Part shown: positions 33,801-43,289 of the stretch, piece after piece
Numbering within the stretch: the stretch's first letter is position 1
Layout of the letters: the number at the start of each line of letters is the position of its first letter
DNA from: Spirogloea muscicola
Lineage: Eukaryota
NCBI GenBank assembly: GCA_009602725.1
Contig: WELB01000008.1
Coordinates: 1,123,237-1,166,525, forward strand
DNA: 43,289 nucleotides
Direction of reading: 5' to 3'
Translations under genes and position numbers: made by a program
Notes under the pieces: model-generated
Seen by the model: the letters and a program-made list of their open reading frames with translations, nothing else
Database searches by the model: none
Told to the model about the DNA's origin: nothing

Positions 33801-36800
33801 TTCTTAGAACGGTAAAAGAGGGCCACCATTCAAGAAGCGAGCTTGACTTAAGAGGTGCGAGCTTGACTCCCACCTCCCAAACCAGAGCACAAATTCTAAA
33901 CCCTAAACCCAATACCAGTTTATAGCAACATTTTAGCTGCATGACTTAAGTATGTTGACCTCAGCCCGGCAACTACTATAATGATGGAGCACATGCTTGC
34001 AGGCGTGTCTATGACATGGCCTGCTGTCTCATATGCTTCCGAGGTGAAGGTTTCTGATGCGTGTGCAACAATCAATTCTTGAATGAGATAGACCCTGAGA
34101 GTGGACTAATACTCTCAGGGTCTATGATACGAACTGTGTAGGGCTTCAGGGCTGAGCCCCTCGCAGCGCACCTGCGGATGACCTCCTGCCAAGGTGCACC
34201 GTCCACAAGTCGTTCCCAGCGGGCCAGTGTCTCCTCCTCCGCTACACAGACGTCAGCATCCACGCCGCCCGGCAGCCACCCGGCGCCTGCCTGGATGATG
34301 CCCCTCATCAGGCTAGTGTACAGATTGGTGACCACGCCACCAGTGCGCGGCTGCACAAGGGCAGCAACAAGCTCGGGGATGGAAACCTGCAGCATGTATG
34401 AGCAACACGAGCCCATCAGAGCAGAGGCAGCGACAGTGACCAACGGCAGAGAAACTCCATCAAGTGATCTTCGTATAATCATGATGGTGAATGCACATAT
34501 CTAGACCCCCGCGAACCGAAGCCTTGCATCCTGAGAGTGTCGGCTGTGCACACCTGGGGGCTCTTGAGCCGCTGCCCCAGGACTTGGAAGAAGTTCCAGA
34601 CCTCCAGGACATCGCCCACGAGCGAAGGCGCGATGCCGCCATCCTGCCCCAGCACCACAGGCCGGGGTGGCGGGCAACGTGGGCGCGGCAGCGGCGGCTC
34701 TATGCCTGCTGCTACGGCCAGCAGCTCCTCCTCCCGCTCCCGCTCCTCTACCTCCAGGTCCTCAATTGGGTACTGCAGCCGCCGGTCCGCGAGCATGCGC
34801 TCCAGTCGCTTGCGCTCGCGTTCCTCTTCGCGCAGCCTTGCTTGCTCCTCCCTCTCCTCCTGGCAACGGGTCCGAGACACACGGACCACAAAGGCGAGCA
34901 AACATATGTGTCAGCCATCGGCACGCCATGCTGACACCTCCAGGCGCCAAGTGTGTCAGGATAGCAGTCTATCTGCTAGGCTGCAGGTGTTGGATCTTGA
35001 GGACCGGACTGCAAGCAAGCCCCAAAGCTTGGCCAAATGATTGCTGGGCTTGCTCAAGCAGCGAGCAATGCTCAAAACGCAGTGCTGCGGAATGAAAAGG
35101 GGCTTGGTCACCATCCGCTGCTTCTTCCGCTCAGCCTTCTCCTCCAGCCGTCGACGCTCCCTGTCCTCCCGCTCCTCCTGCAACAGGAAGGAAGCAGGCC
35201 CGCCTTGACCCTCCCCCCCTGACGACTGAGGCATTGCGAGATGCAGAAACACACCAAATACTTGAGACAAAGCGATCCCCTGCCAAGAGGCAAAGAAAAG
35301 TGCACACAAGGGAGGATAAGAAACGCACAAGCCTGGCTCTCTCGCGCTCCCGATGGCGCTGATCCCGCTCCGTCTGCCGCTGCTGCCGCTCCAGCACCCG
35401 CATCTCCATGTGCGCTGCCCTGCACGTGGCCCGAGGCACGGCCAGGGAAGCTGCCAAGAGGCACAACAGAGACCGAGATGGCGAACTCCACAGCAGCAGG
35501 ACTTTGGACTAGGATTATTCAACTTGTACATGAAAAGCCGAATACATGGCCTCAGCAAAATCAGGACAAAGCGCGTTCATTACTTTGCCTGTGAAGCGAC
35601 GCACTTGGGGCAGTGCCACTCCCCCTCCGGCAGGTCATCAGAGCCCTGCTGATGGCAAGGCACCATGGCAAGGCGCCCTAGCACTTAAGGCTGCGAACGC
35701 TCAGAACCTGGACATGGGTGCGGCACTGTGGAGCAGGGCCCTGCTCAAGGACGCGCCTAATGGTGCCCCCACATCAACAGCGCCACTGGCACACTCATGT
35801 TCCGGACCAGCATTCTGGGCTAGGGAGCTGCCACTGGGGCCCAGTACGGCAAGCTGGCGTAACAGAAGCAATCGCACGACAGTAGAGCTGCCAGATGCAT
35901 GCAACCGGGCACGAGGAGGCCAGTGAGCATTGCCTGTCTTCTAGCAGCAACTCAAAGGGGGAGGAGAGAGCCCTGGTGGGGAGAAGGAGACGGCGGAGGA
36001 GGGGGGGGAGAAGCTCAGTGAGTGCCACAAGGCTCAAGTGGCCGCCCTCGCGGTGCTCACCAATGGAGGGTTGAGGCAGGCTAGGTGGTACGACCGTGGG
36101 CAGCTGTCGCACAACAGCAGCTGCGACCCCGTAGGGCACGCGTACCGCCGGCACGCGCTGCAGCAGCAAGCCAGTGGCCCCGTGCTGCCATTCAGCCAGG
36201 AAGAGCCGGCTGCTACGACAAAGAAAGTGACGACACAAAGCCGCTAGTGGTCCTCGTGTGGAAGTTCTGACGTCAGTGTCTAGGATCGATGGGCAACTGA
36301 AGTTGTTGCTCTGAAGCGGATATGTAGATCTGTAGGAGTGGGTGCGCTCTGCTATGACTCAGCCCGGGTGCTACGGCGTTGACAGAGACACCGTGCAGCA
36401 TTGAGCCTCTTTGCATGTGAGGGTCAGGGGGCGCACACCTGCACCGCTCCTTGTTGGACGGCTCCTCGCTGTCCTCGTCCTGCTCGTCCTCCTGGCCGGC
36501 CACCGCACAGCGCCGAGCCGCATGCAGGCCAGCAGCGAGCGAGCAGAGTGAGGTGCTGCGCTGCATCGACACGCAGCTTGGCTGGTGAGGCCAGGCTGGT
36601 AGCAGTCGAGCAAGAGGCTAGAGCCACACACTCTGCTGAGAGCATTCGGGCGGCCGCCGCCAGCCTCCGCCTCCTGGCGGCGACCATTGTCGGGGGCTGT
36701 GGGCGCCTCCTCAACCCGCCAGCTGCTGGGGTGCTCTGAGGCCTTGACGCTGCCGCCAGCCGCCATCCCCATGCGGTGTGCAACCAGTGTGGAGGCCGCA

Positions 36801-38634
36801 GCTTCCACTCCAGCGGCAGGCCGCCTCTGCGCAGGCTTGGCCTGGGACTTGCGTACAACTACGAGAGGCGGAGATGGCGGCGGCGGCGGCGGCGGCGGCG
36901 GCTGCGGCGGCGTCTTGTGATGGCGGCTGCTCACATCGGCAGCAGCAGCGGCGCGCTGCGCCAGGAGGAGCTCGTCCTCCATGTCCTGGGTGTCAAAGTG
37001 CGCAGCACTGCGCCATCCAGGCCCTGCCGCGGACCGGCTCAGCTTGCTGCGGGGCGACGGCCATGCACCGCCGTTGCTGGTCGCCGACGGCAACCATGAC
37101 AACCTTCGACCACCCTCCCCTGCCTTCTTTGGCGCCACCGCGGCCACTCCAACGCTGACTTTCGCCGGCGGCGCCTCCATGGCAGCCTTTGCTCTCGGAG
37201 GCTCCAACACCACCAGCTTTCCTACTGCCGGTGATGTACCGCCAGCAGCGCTGGGCGCCGCCTCCTGCATGGCTTCTGCTGCAGCTGACGGGATCGCCGC
37301 CGTCGCTACCGCCGCCGCTTCCTTGGCAGCCCTGCCGCGGGCCTTGGCGGCGGCGCGTGTGCGCTCCCGTGCTGCGCGGACCTCCGCCAGCACGCGCTCC
37401 AGGTGCGGCGTCAGGCCCCGCTTCAGCCCGTCGGCTGCACCGCCCTCGCCGAGGCCGTAGCGCCGGGCCACGCTCGGGCGCACCGCCCAAGGGCCGACCT
37501 GCGCAGCAACGGTACGAGCCAAGACAGCGGCAGCTGTGACGTCCTGTCGCCAGTCCTAACGAGGTTGTGGGTTTTGAGCAGCGGAAGCTGAGGACCACCT
37601 TGCCAGCGGGTTGCGTGGCAACGTCGAGGATCCAGCTCCGCACCACGCTGCGCGGGATGGGGTGCTTCGCCCGCCTGCGCCGCCGCCGCCGCCGCCATGC
37701 CGAGCGATGCCGCTGGCTCAGCGGCCAGTGAGGTTCTGGCGGCAGCGCCACGCAGTCAGAGCCGCGACAACAGCGGCAGGGGGGGGAGCGGCGGCTCCTC
37801 ACCGGAGACTGCTGCAGGGCACGAGGCCCGTGAGCTGGCCGGCCGCCCACTCCACCTCGTAGTGCGGCTCGCCGGCCACCGCACTCGCGGCGCCGTGGCG
37901 GTCATGGCTGGGGATGTACGCGCTCGGCACCTCGCTGACGATCACGCACGGCTCGCTGGCATGCCACCGCCGTCCCACGCAAAAGACGCCGTCAGAATCG
38001 GCAGATCGCCGCCCGCCAGAGCGAGTGGAGGGAAGGATGCGGAGCGGCTGGTGATCTCACAGCGCGTCGGCGCCCTCGCGGGCGCACAGCACCACCTCGC
38101 CGACCGCAAAGTCGCTGCGCGCCGCCTCGTACACGCTCGTGACGAGGTCGTCGAGCCGCAGCATGCCTGCCATGCGCACGAGCTCCACCGTGCGCCGCTA
38201 AGCGCCGGTACAGCGGCAGTGACAGCTGCATTGACAGCAATCTGGCCGGGCCTGCGGTGCTCACTGCCATGGACGATGGCCGCTGCGGCGGCCTTGTGGC
38301 GCTCGGGGAAGGCGTCCTTGGCGTGCGCCGCCGAGCGCGCCTCGCTGGCCAGCGCCTCCTCGAACGTCAGGCCCGTGCGGCCCGAGTGCTTGCACGCCCA
38401 TGCGCGCTCCCGGTACAGCGCCACGCGCGCGAGGTACTCCCTGTGCCGCGGCGGCGCTCGTCAGCCGCCAACGCCGCACGGCCGCTCGCCGAGGAGGGCG
38501 GAGCCGCCGGCTGCTGCTCACTCGTAGCTGCGGAAGGCCTCGCCGGTGTAGCGGATCACGAAGAGCTCCTCGTCGGGGCGCGCGCCGGGCACCGGCGGGG
38601 CTGGCGGGTAGGGCTTGCGCTTGTACAGCGGCAT
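30880..38634 (-). CDS. WAC-DDT-WHIM/WSD domain ISWI accessory protein (ACF1/DDW1-like); 3' end uncertain (30880-31460)
   Basis: MPLYKRKPY...[47 protein letters not shown] (WAC). [15 protein letters not shown]...ELVAAL (DDT). [12 protein letters not shown] (WHIM1). [14 protein letters not shown] and [31 protein letters not shown] (WSD). Many GT-AG-bounded exons. Confidence 0.88.
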
Positions 38635-38977
38635 GAGGCGCTGCCGCCGCCGCCGCCGTTGCCACGGACGCGGGGCCTCAGGGGGGAGCTGGCAGCGCCC
38701 CCCATTGCAGCGGCTCTTGCGGCAGAGAGTGCTCCGAGCGGGGCATGGGCGTCAGTCGGGCGTCCGACCGGCGGCGGGGAGACCTGCGCATCGAGGCTGC
38801 AGCCACACAGAGCGGCGAGGAGGGGAGAGGAGGGGGGGCTGGGCGAGGCTGCCGGCACCGTCGGCGGCTGGCGGTGGGGGTGGCGGCTGAGCGTAGCGCT
38901 CAGAGCAGCGGACGGCGCGCGAGGGGGGGGGGAGGGGGGGGGGGAGGATTGGCGAGGCAGGCGGGGGAGGAGGGGGG

Positions 38978-39631
38978 NNNNNNNNNNNNNNNNNNNNNNN
39001 NNNNNNNNNNNNNNNNNNNNNNNNNNNNNNNNNNNNNNNNNNNNNNNNNNNNNNNNNNNNNNNNNNNNNNNNNNNNNNNNNNNNNNNNNNNNNNNNNNNN
39101 NNNNNNNNNNNNNNNNNNNNNNNNNNNNNNNNNNNNNNNNNNNNNNNNNNNNNNNNNNNNNNNNNNNNNNNNNNNNNNNNNNNNNNNNNNNNNNNNNNNN
39201 NNNNNNNNNNNNNNNNNNNNNNNNNNNNNNNNNNNNNNNNNNNNNNNNNNNNNNNNNNNNNNNNNNNNNNNNNNNNNNNNNNNNNNNNNNNNNNNNNNNN
39301 NNNNNNNNNNNNNNNNNNNNNNNNNNNNNNNNNNNNNNNNNNNNNNNNNNNNNNNNNNNNNNNNNNNNNNNNNNNNNNNNNNNNNNNNNNNNNNNNNNNN
39401 NNNNNNNNNNNNNNNNNNNNNNNNNNNNNNNNNNNNNNNNNNNNNNNNNNNNNNNNNNNNNNNNNNNNNNNNNNNNNNNNNNNNNNNNNNNNNNNNNNNN
39501 NNNNNNNNNNNNNNNNNNNNNNNNNNNNNNNNNNNNNNNNNNNNNNNNNNNNNNNNNNNNNNNNNNNNNNNNNNNNNNNNNNNNNNNNNNNNNNNNNNNN
39601 NNNNNNNNNNNNNNNNNNNNNNNNNNNNNNN
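38978..39631. other. Assembly gap (N-run)
   Basis: Continuous Ns between the divergent DDT gene and the next gene. Confidence 1.
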
Positions 39632-39788
39632 CCGCCGCCCCCGCCGCCGCCGCGTTCTCCGCCGCGGCTCCCGGCCGGCGATGCGGGCGAGCGGCAGGGG
39701 GCCCGGCGTAGCCCGCCGGGGCAGCGCCGCTGCGGTGACGGCCAGCGCCGCGGCGCTGCGGCTGGGCCGAGCCCTCTGACGCTCCGCG

Positions 39789-41716
39789 ATGATCTCCCGG
39801 AGGGCCTGGCGGCTCCCTGGCTGCCGCCGTGGGCAGCCGGCGGCGGCGGCGGCGGCCCGGCAGGCCCAGCGCGGCGGCTCAGGGCCCGGCGTCCAGCGGC
39901 AGCTTAGCCAGACGTACGCAGCGGCCGCTGCGGCGCCTGCAGTGCCACTCTGAAACCCATCTGGCTTGCACGCTTCGCGGCTTCCAGCGGCGTCGGAGCT
40001 GACCCCCGGCCCTGGCCTCCGCAAAGCCTGCCAAGGCTCCATGGCAGCGCGCGCCCCAACTAAGTTTCGCCTCCATGGGCGTGCGCTGCGTCACGGACGG
40101 GCTCTGAAGCGGAAGCTCAGGCGGCGCGCACATGGGCAGCTGGCAGGTCGTCGCCTCCGCCCCCCGAGCCAGGCGGCGGCAGGGCCGATGACCAGGAGCT
40201 GAGCTTCCTGAAGGCGGCGCAGATCCTCCTCTCCCCGCCCCCGCGGCCCCGCAAGTTCGGGTCAGCTCCGCTGCTGCCCCCCATGTGGCTCCCGAGGTGG
40301 AGAGCGGCGAGCTCACGCACACCTCGACCCTTGATCCTCCATCACTGCCAAGCCCTCGACCGCAAAGTGTCACTTCGAGCCTCAATATATGTGATGCAAG
40401 GGTTTGGACCATTGGCAGCTATGCACTTGTATGCAGTCGCTGTGTGACGACTCCCAACGTTCTTGTTCATAGCCCGAGACTCCAACCCTGATTTCTGAAA
40501 TCACCAACCTTAAAGCTAAGCCGAAACCCCTAACTCTGAACCCTATACAAAAACACATCAAATCTGAACCCCTAAAATTCACCCTACACCCTACAGCCCA
40601 ACGTGGCCGGCATTGTGTGCCCAAGCATATGTGCGGGGCTGCTTCCTCTTGAGCTACCTACTGTCATGCCCTCGTATGCTTCTGTATACACGCCAACAAA
40701 TGAGCCAAGGTCACTGTCATGTCCAGAGCATGCACTTCTTCTATGAGAACGGAAAGTGGAAGCAGCTGTTCAGGGTGCTGCGCTCTGCGTTGATGCAGGT
40801 GGGACTTCCACATGGTGCACTTCGTCATTGCGCTCATCCCGTCACTTGGTGCGCATGCTGCCCGCGAACAAGGGCGCAGAATTGCAAATGCACTGCAATT
40901 GTCTTCATGACGCTTGAAATGAGTCACTGTCATATTGCTCATACCTCATCCAGCTGCCGGCGGTTTTTGTCAGGCTCCTGCCAAGCAATTTCAGCAATGT
41001 TCGAAGATATGTTGCTGACTTGCGAATCAGCAAACCCTGCTCCAGGGGTGTACTTGGTTGCGCAATGCGCTCGCGGGGAGATGGGGAAGTATGAAAAGGT
41101 GAGGCTACTCACGTAGCTAGGGATCTGCTCATTGAATGGCACTGGCTACTGATGTTGTCACTTTGCATGTGCCACCTGCACCGAAAGAGCCAAGTTCATG
41201 CCATGCCGTAGCCGCGGCCCTCAGGAGAGGGAGGCACGTCAAGGACGGAGGGTGGTCACACCGCAGCCCTCCACTGGAGCACAAGATCAAGTGGATCAAA
41301 GGGAGAGCCTCACCAACAAAAGTAGCAAGAGAGCTGGCGAGCTGAGGAGCGGGGCCCAGCCAGAGGAGAAGGTCAGCCTCGGCAAGGCCGTGGCGGAGCT
41401 GCGGACGCTTCAGACAAAAATTCAGGAGGTCGAAGCAGCCCTTCAGGGCCTGGCCGGAAGCAGCGGTGACAGGCTGCCGGGTAATCAGCACGGGAAACAG
41501 AGCACCCAGGCTCAAGATAGAGATTTGGAAAAGCACATCTTGAAGGCGAGTGCACCTGCGGCAGAGGTAGGAGTTGCTGCAAGCGAGGCTGCAAGGCGAG
41601 AGTCTCATACTGGCAATGACGATGGACGAAAGGGAGCGGAAGAGACCTCTTCCGCTCCTCAGCATGACGGTGGCCAAAGACAGGCTGCAAATGGACGGGT
41701 CGGCAGCAGTGCATGA
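39789..41716 (+). CDS. Conserved uncharacterised plant protein (At1g80700/At1g80980-like by recall): single TM plus coiled coil, possible mitochondrial presequence
   Basis: Exons 39789-39913, 40147-40260, 40799-40848, 41046-41098 and 41225-41716 join in frame with GT-AG boundaries: MISRRAWRLP...SFLKAAQILLSPPPRPRKFG|WDFHMVHFVIALIPSL|GVYLVAQCARGEMGKYEK|...ELRTLQTKIQEVEAAL...*. Confidence 0.75.
40480..40600 (+). repeat. Degenerate telomere-like tract in an intron
   Basis: ccaaccctg...aaccttaaagctaagccgaaacccctaactctgaaccctatac...tgaacccctaaaattcaccctacaccctacagccc. Confidence 0.65.
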
Positions 41717-42439
41717 AGATTGCGTGCTTGTCGTTGGTGTTCCCCTCCAATATGGTGTGCACGTCTGCGCAGTGCCAGCTTCCCTCACTGCTGTCTCTGC
41801 AGCCCGGTCTGTCTGCTTCACTCACATGCAAAACTTGCAATAACAAAAGTCACTGTATCGTATGAAAAGATAAAAGCACTGCATCGTATGAGAGAAGGCT
41901 GCGTTGGGCTGTGGTAACTGGGCCTACCTGGAGTATATGTTCACTCCGCCCAAGGTGCTGCCAAATGCTGGTGGCGCTGCTGCAAATAGCTGCATATCAT
42001 GTAGGAGGACATGGCTTTGGCGTGCCCTTGCTTGTGGCACCGGCGCTCTGGTTGGCTGCACAGTCACACACTAATGCTATCAAGAGCTTGCCCCAGACGG
42101 CCCTCCATGGTTCTTCTGCTGCCGTGAGTGCTCTTTGACACAAGTAGATGCACCTATACATCTGGCCCTCACCCGGTCAGTGCAGGGTTGATTGAATCGC
42201 GGATGCTTGCTTGACAAGGTCTGCAGGTTACAGATGGACTATCTTTGCAGTTGCCTTCGTGGTCACGACCACCACATGATGCAATTGCGATGTGCCACAA
42301 CAAATATGCAACATTCAGACCCCTACAGGCATGGAGCTACAAGGCCTGCGCTCTGGGAAGACCTTAGTGTATACAATGTCAATCATACTGCTGTGTAAAA
42401 CCGGCCTCCTCAAGCATACGTCAAACGGCCTTCCTAAAC

Positions 42440-43289
42440 CTTGTCATAAGTTGGTGGGCTGGCCGATGGCAGCTCCTCGCCCCGTTTGGACGAGCTACTT
42501 TGGGCCGGCCTTTCACAGCCATCGCCCCCTTCTTTGGAGAAGATTTCTCATACTTACTGTCTGACGGCGTTGACGTCTCGATTTTGTAGCATTTCTAAAG
42601 AGCGAGAGATGGAAAAAGCTCTTCCTAAATAGTCTTTGACTTTGCGGCTGCTTACCAGGGGCTACCGGTGACCATCCTTCATAAATATTTACACGTGTTG
42701 TAGCAATTTCCGGCCCCTTCTGACCTTGTCGGGCTTCTCACAATCCTGACCTGAAGAGAGAAGTGGTCGCCCAAGGTCAGGATTGTGAGAAGCCCGACAA
42801 GGTCAACGACCACTTCTCTCTTTGGATGAGCCTTATTTTGCTTCCAGTGTAGGAAAAGTATGTAAGGCAATGGCTTTTGAGAGTAACAACAGCAAAGGCC
42901 AGCTGTGAGAAAAGGGCTCGCCCATTGAGGCTAGGGGCTATGAGAGGCCACTCAAAGGGAGTGAAAGGAGCCCAAGAGCAGCCGGTGTGGTATTGGAGAG
43001 AGAGTGCTCGCCCATAGAGAAGAGGGGCTGGCAAAGCCAGTCCAAAAACAATGGACAATGTCCAAAGCCAAAGAAAGAGAGAGAGAAGGCGCGCGGGGCG
43101 CATGAATTGAAAGGGAGGCCAATTCAAGCCAATACATTGTTCAGGCAGAGTCGAGTGCAGACTAAACAATGCTACATAATACGGAGACCTAATCTAAGGT
43201 ACCTAAGATGACATTAGTACCCACGGGTGAGCACAAACAAATCTGACAAGCTAACTTGGGGAGCTGGAGCGCCGCCACGAAAGCCGGAG
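42440..43289. mobile_element. CRE-like tail stack and subfamily B 3' end (minus strand, runs off the window)
   Basis: 43215-43289 (-) encodes SGFRGGAPAPQVSLSDLFVLTRGY*. Its tail (43080-43214) is nearly identical to 7972-8107. Further tail modules occur at 42900-43075 (-) and 42455-42550 and 42710-42825 (+). Confidence 0.85.

Overview
Eukaryotic, GC-rich, intron-dense genomic DNA from a streptophyte plant lineage, most plausibly a streptophyte alga (inference from land-plant-like proteins, GC content and short introns). Nine spliced genes alternate strictly in orientation: FIE/EED (+, 5' end outside window), an epoxide-hydrolase-type alpha/beta hydrolase ending in SRL (-), a SUB1/SUL-like membrane-anchored protein (+), NSUN6 (-), a lipid phosphate phosphatase (+), an Lhca5-like antenna protein (-), a SINA-like RING E3 ligase (+), a WAC-DDT-WHIM/WSD ISWI partner (-) and an uncharacterised conserved plant protein (+). 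There are two N-gaps (16165-17080, 38978-39631). Three intergenic blocks (about 6.4-8.3 kb, 21.0-27.0 kb, 42.4 kb-end) are made of a CRE-like non-LTR retrotransposon with a restriction-like endonuclease (REL). They hold one decayed long copy and many 5'-truncated copies of at least three subfamilies, all ending in LTRG(Y)-type termini and stacked onto each other's 3' tails. Also present are Tourist-like MITEs, local inverted duplications, three GC-AG introns and degenerate telomere-like tracts in introns. All exon models and homologies were read by eye, with no database searches.
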